Shown one piece after another: positions 1-8,779 of a stretch of 37,067 bases of DNA. The DNA is from a virus (lineage: Duplodnaviria; Caudoviricetes), in the IMG/VR virus record IMGVR_UViG_3300032225_000582, positions 1 through 37,067 of that record; one strand, written 5' to 3'. Numbering within the stretch: the first letter of the stretch is position 1; each line of letters starts with the position of its first letter. The notes below the pieces were generated by a model that saw only the letters and a list, made by a program, of their open reading frames with translations, had not been told where the DNA came from and did no database searches. Made by a program: the position numbers and the translations under genes.

Positions 1-2
1 CT

Positions 3-50
3 GGAGATAAATGGGATGGTACTAATTTTGTATCCCCAGTTTTTGAATAA
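3..50 (+). CDS. 3' end of a truncated gene (…GDKWDGTNFVSPVFE*), probably a small tail-fibre-associated protein
   Basis: Open frame from the window edge to TAA at 48-50; WDGTNF-type C-terminus is common in small tail-associated proteins. Confidence 0.45.
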   Translation, partial: GDKWDGTNFVSPVFE

Positions 51-80
51 TTAATTTTCAACTATTAGTGGAGGTGTACC

Positions 81-2123
81 TTGGCGGGTAGAGATATAAC
101 CGAAGGTCGTGGAGACAAGCGCGGTCCTTCAACAGATAACCCATCATTAGGTCGTTCCATTGCAGTTGACATTGGTGTAGTCGCATCATCTGCAATCTGG
201 CAGAACACTGATATGTCTTATGATGTAGCCCTTGGTGGGCTTCCCTGGTTCTATGCAATCAATGATGCACGTCCATACACTCGACAGACTGCACCCTTTA
301 AGAAAGACCAGTTTGATAATGGAGCAGAACCAGGTGAGCAATCACTTACTGGTTGGTGGATTCGCAGCCAAGCATCGTTCCACTCTGGATTGGGCATTAA
401 GTTCTATGACCCAGCACAGACAGATGAAAATGGACATTATCGTTTTGCTGATGGTAAAGGTCTTAACATCTGGACTAAGGGACAGGTAACCCTGCTCAAA
501 TCTTGTAATGAAGGCAGAGCCACGACTGGCGCTATTTCTTCAAATGGTAGACGTCAACAAAGTATGCGCTCAATTAAATGGAGCACATTTACTGGTGCAT
601 TACTGCGAGATGAATATGATATTGAAAAGATTAAAGTAACTGACCCAAGCAACCCAGTTAAGTTTGTTGACTATACTGCAGGTTCTGGGGTTTATCCCAT
701 TTACAGCATTGCAGATGATGGCACTAACGCTTTTTGGGCAACCAATAAGACAGCATTGAGCATAACAAAATTTACCGTAACTGGAAAGCCGCTATCTGGT
801 GACTCAACTAGCACAGCCGATGAGTTCAAAGTATTCGATAATAGCCAGATAGTTTCTAACGCTGTCATTGAATACGTCAAACAGCGTTTAGTAATTTGCG
901 CAGACAATAAAGTTTACGAATGCGCTCCCACTGCTTCGGCAACACCAAACCTTTTGTACACAAATCCATCTACTGCTCACGTGTATACCAGCATTACTGC
1001 ATCTGGAACTGCTATATATATCTCTGGATACAATGGCACTCAATCAACTATTGAAAAATATACACTGTCTTCTGCTGGTGTAATGCCAACTCTTACCTCT
1101 GCAATAATTTCAGCCGAACTTCCAGTGGGAGAAATTGTCCACAAAATTTTCTACTACCTTGGATATATGGCAATTGGAACTAACAAGGGTGTCCGTGTTG
1201 CAACAGTATCTGACCAAGATGGTTCAATAAGTTACGGTCCACTTATCGTTCAAACAACTCAACCAGTCTATGACTTTGCTGGCAGTGACCATTATATATG
1301 GTGTACTACAGGTGTGGCTGGGGAACCAGGCTTAACCCGTATTGATTTAAGTAATGAAATTGAACAGTTACGTTTTGCTTATGCTAATGATGTTTACTAT
1401 GACGGTATTACTGGTCACGCAACAACTGCTGTTTGTTTTGATGGCAATACAGACGCAACTGTTACCAGCCGCCTTATGTTTGCTACTACATATGCTACAA
1501 CTGCTGGTGCAGTTTATGTAGAAGATGATTCTGTTCTTCGTACCACAGGTTATCTGACTACAGGTAACATTCGTTATGGAACTCTTGAACCTAAGAACTT
1601 TAAGCGCCTGTTGGGACGTGGTGACTTTACCTATGGTTCTATGACCCTTGAAACTGTAGATAAAAATGGTTCAGAATATGACCATATTTCATATGACTCA
1701 TCAGTTGGACCAATTGAAGTTGGTACATTGCAACCTGCTGCAGCCCAGGAATATGTAGCCTACAAGTTTATTCTCTATCGTGATGCAACTACTTCATCTG
1801 CTGGTCCAACCTTCAAGGGTTATCAGGCTAAGGCAACTATTGCTACACCTCGTCAGCGCATTATTCAATTCCCTATCTATAACTATGATGTGGAAACTGA
1901 CCGATACAATGCAAGCATTGGCTATCAAGGGCGAGCACTTGCAAGACTCCAAGCACTTGAAGGTATAGAAGAAACAGGTGACGTTGTTACCTGGCAAGAT
2001 TTAACTACTGGCGAATCTCGTCAAGCAGTGATTGAACAAATTGCATTTACTCGTATGACACCACCAGACAAACGCTTCGATGGCTTTGGTGGAGTTATTC
2101 AAGTAACTATCAGAACGGTATAA
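81..2123 (+). CDS. Virion tail protein (tail tubular B/nozzle-like, beta-rich), 680 aa
   Basis: GGAGGT SD before TTG; beta-strand-rich; last large structural gene before the lysis genes. Confidence 0.65.
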   Translation: MAGRDITEGRGDKRGPSTDNPSLGRSIAVDIGVVASSAIWQNTDMSYDVALGGLPWFYAINDARPYTRQTAPFKKDQFDNGAEPGEQSLTGWWIRSQASFHSGLGIKFYDPAQTDENGHYRFADGKGLNIWTKGQVTLLKSCNEGRATTGAISSNGRRQQSMRSIKWSTFTGALLRDEYDIEKIKVTDPSNPVKFVDYTAGSGVYPIYSIADDGTNAFWATNKTALSITKFTVTGKPLSGDSTSTADEFKVFDNSQIVSNAVIEYVKQRLVICADNKVYECAPTASATPNLLYTNPSTAHVYTSITASGTAIYISGYNGTQSTIEKYTLSSAGVMPTLTSAIISAELPVGEIVHKIFYYLGYMAIGTNKGVRVATVSDQDGSISYGPLIVQTTQPVYDFAGSDHYIWCTTGVAGEPGLTRIDLSNEIEQLRFAYANDVYYDGITGHATTAVCFDGNTDATVTSRLMFATTYATTAGAVYVEDDSVLRTTGYLTTGNIRYGTLEPKNFKRLLGRGDFTYGSMTLETVDKNGSEYDHISYDSSVGPIEVGTLQPAAAQEYVAYKFILYRDATTSSAGPTFKGYQAKATIATPRQRIIQFPIYNYDVETDRYNASIGYQGRALARLQALEGIEETGDVVTWQDLTTGESRQAVIEQIAFTRMTPPDKRFDGFGGVIQVTIRTV

Positions 2124-2124
2124 A

Positions 2125-2325
2125 ATGTCAGCACAAGATTGGGCAGCATTATGTGTAGCAATTATGACAATATTTGCAGGATTTGCTGCATTTGTTAGGT
2201 GGCTAGTAAAGCACTATCTGTATGAATTAAAACCAAATGGGGGCGGTTCCGTGAAAGACCAAGTGAACCGATTGGAAGAACGAGTTGACCAAATTTACGT
2301 CCTTCTTTGCGAAAGACACAAGTAA
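2125..2325 (+). CDS. Small single-TM membrane protein with coiled-coil tail (lysis cassette, holin-like)
   Basis: N-terminal hydrophobic helix then '[18 protein letters not shown]', a pattern typical of actinophage lysis-region proteins. Confidence 0.7.
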   Translation: MSAQDWAALCVAIMTIFAGFAAFVRWLVKHYLYELKPNGGGSVKDQVNRLEERVDQIYVLLCERHK

Positions 2326-3697
2326 AAAATTAAGCGTTTTATTTCTAGTATTTGGCACATCATTCTTTTATTCACCAACAGCAGAAGCAGCAAATACTGG
2401 TCCGATAACAGTAGTTTGCGCTAATGATGCAGGTGTAGCCAAAGATTTTAACGTTGGTTGGGATAATACAACTGGCTTCTTTGAAGGCAAGGGTGATATT
2501 GCCGCACTATTCTGTGCTATTGGTACTCAAGGACAATGGAAAACTTTTGTAAGTACAACTGTTACCGATATGTCTATACGTTTTTATGCAGGTGTAGTGC
2601 CAGTTATAGTGGAACCTAGCCCTGTTGTAAGTCCCAGTCCTGAGACTCATACTGCGGTTGTCGAAACTGTGACAGTTTCTTCCGCTTCTCCGAGTCCTGC
2701 ACCTTCCGATACTTCAACCGTATCTGTTGCTGAGACTTCAACCGCTGTACCTGAAACCGTAACTTCCGTTGTTGAATCAAAGACTGTCGTAAATCAACAG
2801 CCAGAATCAATGACAGTATCGTCAGACACATCGACAATAACTGAAACGCAAACAGTGAATGTAACACCTGAACCTCCTATAGTTCCCGAACCTGTACCTG
2901 TTGTTGTACCTGAGCCACCTGTGGTTAGACCAGAACCAGTTGCAATTCCTGACCCACCTGCTCCAGCACTAGAGCCTACACCAGTAGCAGAACCTTTACC
3001 AGAACCTGACCCAGCGCCTGAAGTTGCGCCTGAGCCTGCGCCCGAACCTGAACCAATCCCAGAAGTAAAACCTGAACCAACCCCTGAACCTGAGCCTCCA
3101 GTCGTAGAGCCAGAACCTGAGGTCGCGCCAGAACCCCAACCCGAACCGCCTGTTGTAGCAGAACCAGAGCCACCTAAGCCAGAGTTTGTTGAAGAACCAC
3201 ATCCACCTATGGTAGCAGATAAAAATGCAACTGATGAAGAGAAGGCAGCCGTGGCTGGAGCAATTATTGCAGCAGCAGATGGCGCACCTGTAACGGCAGT
3301 AGCGATAGCAGATGCTGGACTTACATACGCTGACCTACCTCCAGAGACTCCAGTTGAAGTACGTCAAGACAAAGACGGCAATGAAGTAGTTATTACAGCA
3401 GAAGTTGCTGCAGCACTTGAGGTGCTGGCAAATCCTGCAGAACTTATTGGAGCAATCTTCACTGACCCTGGGCAAGCCTTGCTTGCCATTACCAGTATCG
3501 GTGCAGATATGTCAGATGCGGAACGTCACGAATCAGAACAAACAATTATTGCATCCGTTATCGCTGGACAGGCTGCTGTTTCTGCAGCAGGTATGGCAGC
3601 AGGCGGAGCAGCCCGCAGCACAGGTGGTGGAAGTTCACCTAGTGGTGGAGGCGGGGGAGCAGCAGAATCTAAAGGCGTAAGGAGACGCAAAGAATGA
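2285..3697 (+). CDS. Secreted/surface Pro-Glu/Ser-Thr-rich protein, 470 aa
   Basis: Signal-peptide-like N-terminus ([22 protein letters not shown]), S/T/V-rich then (PE)n linker, Ala-rich helical C-terminal domain. Confidence 0.75.
   Translation: MTKFTSFFAKDTSKKLSVLFLVFGTSFFYSPTAEAANTGPITVVCANDAGVAKDFNVGWDNTTGFFEGKGDIAALFCAIGTQGQWKTFVSTTVTDMSIRFYAGVVPVIVEPSPVVSPSPETHTAVVETVTVSSASPSPAPSDTSTVSVAETSTAVPETVTSVVESKTVVNQQPESMTVSSDTSTITETQTVNVTPEPPIVPEPVPVVVPEPPVVRPEPVAIPDPPAPALEPTPVAEPLPEPDPAPEVAPEPAPEPEPIPEVKPEPTPEPEPPVVEPEPEVAPEPQPEPPVVAEPEPPKPEFVEEPHPPMVADKNATDEEKAAVAGAIIAAADGAPVTAVAIADAGLTYADLPPETPVEVRQDKDGNEVVITAEVAAALEVLANPAELIGAIFTDPGQALLAITSIGADMSDAERHESEQTIIASVIAGQAAVSAAGMAAGGAARSTGGGSSPSGGGGGAAESKGVRRRKE
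2860..3210 (+). repeat. Degenerate coding repeats ([13 protein letters not shown])
   Basis: Recurrent cctga(a/g)cc and ccaga(a/g)cc units. Confidence 0.8.
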
Positions 3698-3867
3698 AAC
3701 TACTAAGAGATATGGTCGACCAACTCTGGACTCTACTGGGTATGTTTATTGCCTGGGTTGTCCTTGATGGTTCAGCCAAGCAAGTTGTTGGTGTTGCTAT
3801 CTTTGCAACTTTATTTGCTTGGGCTGTTACTTACCCTATTAGAAACCCAATGGACAAGGACGAATAA
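3694..3867 (+). CDS. 57-aa two-TM membrane protein (absent from ORF track)
   Basis: [57 protein letters not shown]; AGGAG SD; ATGA and TAATG overlaps with neighbours. Confidence 0.85.
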   Translation: MKLLRDMVDQLWTLLGMFIAWVVLDGSAKQVVGVAIFATLFAWAVTYPIRNPMDKDE

Positions 3868-4109
3868 TGGAAACATTTAAAAATGTAATGATGCGTATTG
3901 TGGCAGTCATTGCAGCAGAATCACTCGGAGTTATTGGTGCTGGTTCCCTAGTGGGAATCAAAGTCTGGCAGGCAGCAGTCCTTGCTGGAGCACTAGGAGC
4001 AGCCACTGTGATTGAAGCACTAGCACGATTCTTCCTTGCCGATGGCAAGTTAGATGCAGATGAAATCAATGCAGCCTTTGCCAAGGTTGACTCAAAGAAG
4101 GCAGACTAA
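3867..4109 (+). CDS. Holin-like membrane protein, 80 aa
   Basis: Two hydrophobic segments, charged C-terminus, directly upstream of the endolysin. Confidence 0.7.
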   Translation: METFKNVMMRIVAVIAAESLGVIGAGSLVGIKVWQAAVLAGALGAATVIEALARFFLADGKLDADEINAAFAKVDSKKAD

Positions 4110-4111
4110 TT

Positions 4112-4621
4112 ATGGGTCAACGTATGGACTTTATCGCAGTAGCCAATGGCGAACTGGGAGTAATCGAAGGACCAAAAGAGAACGAGACTAAGTACGGTTC
4201 ATTTACCAAAGCAAACTTCCTACCTTGGTGTGGGTCATTTGTTATGTGGTGTGCCAACGAAGTTGGATTAAAAATTCCTAACTGTGTATCAACAGTTGCA
4301 GGAGCAACAGCATTTATGAAGAAGAACCAATGGGAGAAGGCAGAGGAAGCAGTTCCTCTTCCAGGCGATGTTGCGTTCTTTGATTTCCCGAACGATGGAG
4401 TTGACCGAATCTCACATACTGGGATTGTAGTCAAGGACAACGGAGATGGGACGGTTACCTGTATCGAAGGCAATACTGCCCCAGATAAGAAGGGTGACCA
4501 ACGCAACGGTGGGCAAGTATGCCTGAAGGTGCGTGCTTACAAGAAGAAGAATGGCTCAAAGTTGAGAAAGTCTCAGGCTGTAACCGTAGTTGGTTTTGGC
4601 AAGCCAGTCTTCAAGTCTTAA
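4112..4621 (+). CDS. Endolysin, CHAP-domain amidase/peptidase
   Basis: PWCGSFV (catalytic Cys), PGDVAFF, SHTGIV (His) and IEGNT motifs. Confidence 0.9.
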   Translation: MGQRMDFIAVANGELGVIEGPKENETKYGSFTKANFLPWCGSFVMWCANEVGLKIPNCVSTVAGATAFMKKNQWEKAEEAVPLPGDVAFFDFPNDGVDRISHTGIVVKDNGDGTVTCIEGNTAPDKKGDQRNGGQVCLKVRAYKKKNGSKLRKSQAVTVVGFGKPVFKS

Positions 4622-4631
4622 GGAGAAAACA

Positions 4632-4820
4632 ATGGCAGATAAATTCACACAGATTGCACTCTCTTATGGTCGTGCAGCATTCGCGGCTGTAATGGCACTA
4701 TACCTTGCAGGTGAGACAAGCCCAAAGGCTTTGCTCGCAGCAGCGGTTGCAGCAGTCGCAGGTCCAGTACTCAAGGCATTAGACCCTAAAGCAACAGAGT
4801 TCGGACGCGGTTCAAAGTAA
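4632..4820 (+). CDS. Holin-like protein, 62 aa (start ATG 4632)
   Basis: AAGGAG SD; two hydrophobic helices; LDP…FGRG C-terminus as in actinophage holins. Confidence 0.75.
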   Translation: MADKFTQIALSYGRAAFAAVMALYLAGETSPKALLAAAVAAVAGPVLKALDPKATEFGRGSK

Positions 4821-4855
4821 CCCACATACGCCTTAGAAGGCGGTTTTAAGACACT

Positions 4856-4903
4856 TAGCCCCTCATCGGTAGGTATTATCCTACTGGTGGGGGGTTATTT
4901 GTC
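4856..4903 (+). terminator. Probable intrinsic terminator after the lysis cassette
   Basis: tagcccctcatcggtagg / cctactggtggggggtta stem followed by a T-rich tail. Confidence 0.7.
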
Positions 4904-4910
4904 GTTCTCG

Positions 4911-4952
4911 GCGTGTCGTAGGTATCACTTTCGGTAAGTGTATGAGTATAAT
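4911..4952 (+). promoter_or_regulatory. Putative promoter of the replication operon: TATAAT at 4947-4952, poor -35, upstream GTGTC (GACAC on -)
   Basis: Consensus -10 between a terminator and the next operon. Confidence 0.5.
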
Positions 4953-5035
4953 TAAATTATTATTAATAATGAATACTATATAAGGCGCTAGGCGCCTATA
5001 TAATATATATATTATATATAATAATCAACTGAATA
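4940..5035. other. Very AT-rich tract with a central AGGCGC-tag-GCGCCT inverted repeat; candidate origin/unwinding element
   Basis: (AT)n runs flank a GC inverted repeat upstream of the replication genes. Confidence 0.45.
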
Positions 5036-5105
5036 TTAGATAGACTCCCTAATTGAGTCACCTCCTGTCCTCTTAGGGGGTCTATCTAAACAACTATGAC
5101 AGGAG
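5036..5105 (+). ncRNA. Structured leader: 17-bp hairpin whose loop carries anti-SD TCACCTCCTGTC, able to pair with SD GACAGGAG
   Basis: Arms 5036-5052 and 5073-5089; loop 5062-5069 is the exact reverse complement of 5098-5105. Confidence 0.6.
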
Positions 5106-5110
5106 TTAAT

Positions 5111-5239
5111 GTGTTTAACAACCAAGAAATTAAGAAACTTAATGAACTATCTGATGCTGTCTTACTACTAGATGAGAGCGTCAAGCAACTGCGTGAGGAA
5201 ATAGATTATCTAGTTGAGATACTAGACACGGATGATTAA
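5111..5239 (+). CDS. 42-aa acidic coiled-coil microprotein (absent from ORF track)
   Basis: AGGAG SD + GTG; MFNNQEIKKLNELSDAVLLLDESVKQLREEIDYLVEILDTDD. Confidence 0.7.
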   Translation: MFNNQEIKKLNELSDAVLLLDESVKQLREEIDYLVEILDTDD

Positions 5240-5420
5240 ACTAAACGATTACACCTTACCCGAACATATAAGTTACTCAGCATTTACAACCTATCTGACC
5301 TGTGGTTATCAGTACTACTTAGGTCGACTACTTCAGGTTCCAGAGGAACCATCCATCTGGTCAGCAGGAGGACGTGCTTTCCACCACGCAACGGAGTTGT
5401 ATGATTACGACAACGAATGA
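5232..5420 (+). CDS. N-terminal part of a Cas4/RecB-like PD-(D/E)XK exonuclease
   Basis: HISYSAFTTYLTCGYQYYL…GRAFH matches the S-x-S…C…G…H N-terminal motif of this family. Confidence 0.8.
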   Translation: MIKLNDYTLPEHISYSAFTTYLTCGYQYYLGRLLQVPEEPSIWSAGGRAFHHATELYDYDNE

Positions 5421-6012
5421 GTTATGGGCGAAAGCCTGGCGTAAAGAAACTGAAGGACTAAATCTTGAGACTGCTCGTAGAGCAGGTCGAGCCACCAAAG
5501 ATAATCCTAATAAAGAGGATGGCAACTGGTGGAATATCAATGGCTCTATTTGGGTAGATAACTACATCAAGTGGAGACAGAACAACCCTGACTGGAAGAT
5601 ATGGACTACACCTCAAGGCGCCCGCGCCATTGAGTTAGAGTTAAATCCAGTCATCGCAGGTGTGCCAGTGAAGATGTTCATTGACAGAATTTTTGAGGTT
5701 AACGGACAACTTGTGATTGTCGACCTTAAAACTTCACGCACACGACCAACCTCTGACCTTCAGTTAGGCTTCTACAAAGTAGGAGTCGAACAGATGCTTG
5801 GAGTTCCAGTCAATCTTGGAAACTACTGGATGTCTCGTGAATCTGGGACGGGAGAGATGATTGACCTAAGTAGATATACCTTGGACACTCTTGAATATTT
5901 CGTAGATGGCTTTGACAAAGCCCGCAAGGCTGGTATATTTCTACCGAACCTACAATCGTGCAGTTTCTGTGGCTTAAAAGAACACTGCCAATTCACAAAG
6001 AAGGATAAATAA
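5401..6012 (+). CDS. C-terminal catalytic part of the Cas4/RecB-like exonuclease (frame open from 5374; likely ATG 5401)
   Basis: IELEL, FIDRI, IVDLKT, QLGFY motifs and terminal CSFC-x5-C. Confidence 0.85.
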   Translation: MITTTNELWAKAWRKETEGLNLETARRAGRATKDNPNKEDGNWWNINGSIWVDNYIKWRQNNPDWKIWTTPQGARAIELELNPVIAGVPVKMFIDRIFEVNGQLVIVDLKTSRTRPTSDLQLGFYKVGVEQMLGVPVNLGNYWMSRESGTGEMIDLSRYTLDTLEYFVDGFDKARKAGIFLPNLQSCSFCGLKEHCQFTKKDK

Positions 6013-6015
6013 ATT

Positions 6016-6444
6016 ATGGCAAACGAAGACTGGAAACTACAAGTTTCTATGAAGTCACCTAATGGTGATTTGATTAACGTACGTGCTAATAGTGCAGACG
6101 AACTGAGTGTATTGCTAGAAGGCATTGGCGATTACTCAACTCAGATTGCTGCTGTATCAAAGAAGGTAGCGGGTGCTTACACCGTGCTCCCTTTATCGAC
6201 GCAGAGTTCCACTACAAACACAACTCAACCTGGATTCTCAACTCCAACCCAGGCAGACACTCCATTCGGTGGGGTAGCGATGCAATCCCAGCCCCCACAA
6301 TCGGGGCATCCAACAACGCCAACGTGCGTACACGGCGCGAGAATATTCCGACAGGGAATGAGCAAGACAACTGGGAAGCCTTACGCTTTCTGGGCTTGCC
6401 CGACTCCACAGGGAACTCCCGACCAATGTAAGCCAGTAAACTAA
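6016..6444 (+). CDS. Replication-region protein with low-complexity linker and C-terminal CxH…C…C Zn finger; possibly ssDNA-binding
   Basis: CVHG…KTTGKPYAFWACPTP…QC; position between exonuclease and helicase. Confidence 0.6.
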   Translation: MANEDWKLQVSMKSPNGDLINVRANSADELSVLLEGIGDYSTQIAAVSKKVAGAYTVLPLSTQSSTTNTTQPGFSTPTQADTPFGGVAMQSQPPQSGHPTTPTCVHGARIFRQGMSKTTGKPYAFWACPTPQGTPDQCKPVN

Positions 6445-6451
6445 ATAAGAA

Positions 6452-6498
6452 TTAGAAGTGGGGTAGTTATTCGGGGAAGGTGGCTACCCTACTTCTAA
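6452..6498 (+). other. 18-bp RNA hairpin with CGGGGAA loop and no U-tract
   Basis: ttagaagtggggtagtta / tggctaccctacttctaa; the non-Watson-Crick positions are all G-U on the + strand. Confidence 0.65.
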
Positions 6499-6517
6499 CA
6501 TTAGACGGGAGACGTAA

Positions 6518-7087
6518 GTGGAATATCCAAATTGGTTTAACCATACTGCTAAAGGTAACTTTGAAAAATTTCTTAGACCATTAGCAGGACAAGAAAAATT
6601 ATATTTTTTGCAATTAGGTGCATTCACTGGTGATGCCAGCGTGTGGATGGCACAACATATACTTACAGGCAAGTATAGCCTTCTTATGGATGTTGATACT
6701 TGGAATGGCAGTAATGAAGAAGAACATCATAAGATGGATTTCATTGATGTACGCAAAGTTTATATTGATAAAGTTACACCATATAAAGTTATTGAATCCT
6801 ATATTGGCACAACATTAGATTTCTTTTTAGAATATCATTCTAAAGAAGTTATTGATTTTATTTATGTAGATGCAGACCACACAACAGTGGGCGTTTTGAT
6901 GGATGCCGAATTGGGGTGGCGCAGTCTTAAGCAAGGTGGCATTATGGCATTTGATGACTACACTTGGGGTAAGGGTATGGCACCTGAATTTACTCCAACG
7001 CTAGGTATTGACTTGTTCTTATCTCGTCACGATGGAGAGTATGAGACACTAATAGTCAACGAACAGTATTGGATTAAGAAGAAGTGA
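6518..7087 (+). CDS. Class I SAM-dependent methyltransferase (Methyltransf_24-like)
   Basis: LQLGAFTGDAS, DVDTW, DFIYVDADH and LKQGGIMAFDDY motifs. Confidence 0.85.
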   Translation: MEYPNWFNHTAKGNFEKFLRPLAGQEKLYFLQLGAFTGDASVWMAQHILTGKYSLLMDVDTWNGSNEEEHHKMDFIDVRKVYIDKVTPYKVIESYIGTTLDFFLEYHSKEVIDFIYVDADHTTVGVLMDAELGWRSLKQGGIMAFDDYTWGKGMAPEFTPTLGIDLFLSRHDGEYETLIVNEQYWIKKK

Positions 7088-7866
7088 GAACCTTAGTACG
7101 CAGTGTTGGACGAGCCGACATCGGTGGCGAACCACTGCCTAGTTGCTTCAAAACCTTTGATGCCAATAAGATTATCTTTCGTAGAGCAGAAGTCTCTATG
7201 TTGGCTGGTGTTCCAGGGGTCGGAAAGTCTACTCTGGCACTGGCTTTAGCCCTTCGTATGCACGTTCCCACTCTGTATATTTCTGCAGATACCAACGCAC
7301 ACACTATGGCTATGCGCCTAGCATCAATGATTAGTGGCAAGAACCAGACAGATGTTGAACACTTGATGAATACAGATACTGGTTGGACTAAGGCTGTATT
7401 GCATAAGGCTAGTCATATCGTCTGGTCATTTGAATCTTCACCTACATTGCAAGATATTCTTGAAGAGGTGGAAGCCTTTGAGGAATTATGGGGCGTACCA
7501 CCAGAGGCTATTTTTGTTGACAACCTAATGGATGTGGCAACAGATGGTGGCGAAGAGTTCGCATCTATGCGTGCGATTATGAAAGAGTTAAAGTATCTTG
7601 CACGTGCCACCAATGCTGGGATAATTGTGTTACACCATACTTCCGAAGGGGTGCTAGGTACACCCTGCCAGCCACGCTCAGCCCTGCAGGGCAAGGTAGC
7701 GCAACTTCCTGCACTTATCTGTACACTTGGCATTGTCGGTACATCTATGGCTATTGCTCCAGTAAAGAATAGATATGGGCGTGCCGATGCCAACGCTAAC
7801 CTGACTTGTTGGCTATCATTTAACCCTGAGTATATGTATGTTGAAGACATACCAGAGAATGGATAA
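7084..7866 (+). CDS. DnaB-like (SF4) helicase, ATPase domain only
   Basis: Walker A AGVPGVGKS, Walker B IFVDNL, VLHH, KNRYG. Confidence 0.85.
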   Translation: MRTLVRSVGRADIGGEPLPSCFKTFDANKIIFRRAEVSMLAGVPGVGKSTLALALALRMHVPTLYISADTNAHTMAMRLASMISGKNQTDVEHLMNTDTGWTKAVLHKASHIVWSFESSPTLQDILEEVEAFEELWGVPPEAIFVDNLMDVATDGGEEFASMRAIMKELKYLARATNAGIIVLHHTSEGVLGTPCQPRSALQGKVAQLPALICTLGIVGTSMAIAPVKNRYGRADANANLTCWLSFNPEYMYVEDIPENG

Positions 7867-7869
7867 GAA

Positions 7870-8067
7870 ATGATAAGAGAAGAAGAAGATGACATCACAC
7901 AAGAGATGCGTCAACTTATAATGCAAAAGGTTAATGAAGAGTTATTAATCTTTATTAAGAAGATAGAAGAAGCCAAGCCACCTGTTACGGATGAGTGGAC
8001 TGAAGGCGTCAACATTGGTATGAACTGGGCTATCCGCATCTTACGCAAGGACAAGAGTGCGTACTAG
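7870..8067 (+). CDS. Hypothetical protein, 65 aa
   Basis: Fills the operon gap exactly. Confidence 0.7.
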   Translation: MIREEEDDITQEMRQLIMQKVNEELLIFIKKIEEAKPPVTDEWTEGVNIGMNWAIRILRKDKSAY

Positions 8068-8415
8068 GTGGCATCGCAATCGCGTAAACACAGAGGATAC
8101 CGAAGCCAAAAAGTCTTGGCGCTCTATCTCGCAGAGAACGGATTTCCTTTTGCTGAGAGCACAGGTGCTGGTCGTAGCGGCTCTGATGTTACTGGCACTG
8201 TTGGTATTGATTGGGAAGTAAAAGCAAGAACGGGATTTAATCCTGCTGCTGCTATTGCACAATTAAAAGATAGAGCCGATGGTAAAGACCTTGGTGTTGT
8301 AGTTTTAAGACTCAATGGGCAAGGCGAGAAAAGCGTATCCGATTGGGTATGCTTGCTTAGATTAGAAGATGCTGTAAAACTATTAAGAGATGCGGGTTAT
8401 GGTGACAAAAATTGA
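8068..8415 (+). CDS. Holliday-junction resolvase-like PD-(D/E)XK nuclease
   Basis: SRKHRG…GSDV…WEVKAR pattern. Confidence 0.7.
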   Translation: MASQSRKHRGYRSQKVLALYLAENGFPFAESTGAGRSGSDVTGTVGIDWEVKARTGFNPAAAIAQLKDRADGKDLGVVVLRLNGQGEKSVSDWVCLLRLEDAVKLLRDAGYGDKN

Positions 8416-8779
8416 TAACGACTTGCCAAACATCGCGGATGTCTTGCGTCACTATGGTGCAAACATACGACAAGGAAACGGGCAAGTTAATCTTAAGTGT
8501 CCGTTCCATTCAGATACGCACCAATCTGGTTCAGCCAACCTTGAGAAAAATATCTTTATATGCTTTGCCTGTGGCGTTCAAGGTAACTCTCTGCAACTCA
8601 TCTCACAAAGAGAAGGAATAAATATAAATGAAGCACGGACATTTGCAGAAGGAATTACTGGGCAAAGCCACCAAGAAGTACGCGGAAAGTATTCATCTGG
8701 CATACGATTACCTAGAAAGCAGAGGCATCAGTCAGGCAGTAGCACGTCTGGCGTCATTAGGCGTAGTCTCGGAGCCTGA
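8390..8779 (+). CDS. DNA primase zinc-binding (CHC2) part; start uncertain (8390-8411)
   Basis: CPFHSDTHQS…FICFACGVQGNSLQLI. Confidence 0.85.
   Translation: MRVMVTKIDNDLPNIADVLRHYGANIRQGNGQVNLKCPFHSDTHQSGSANLEKNIFICFACGVQGNSLQLISQREGININEARTFAEGITGQSHQEVRGKYSSGIRLPRKQRHQSGSSTSGVIRRSLGA

Noticed and set aside
2860-3210. Repeats as a CRISPR array or non-coding VNTR
   Set aside because: Degenerate at third codon positions and in frame with Pro-Glu coding; no constant repeat-spacer pattern
4996-5061. 21-codon minus-strand ORF (MTQLGSLSNIQLIIIYNIYII) starting at the GTG within AGGAGGTGA
   Set aside because: Runs through an (AT)n tract, its start is buried in a hairpin and it has no operon context; kept only as an alternative to the anti-SD model
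5232-6012. Cas4-like gene as evidence of a CRISPR-Cas system
   Set aside because: No array or other cas genes; solo Cas4/RecB-like nucleases are common in phage replication modules
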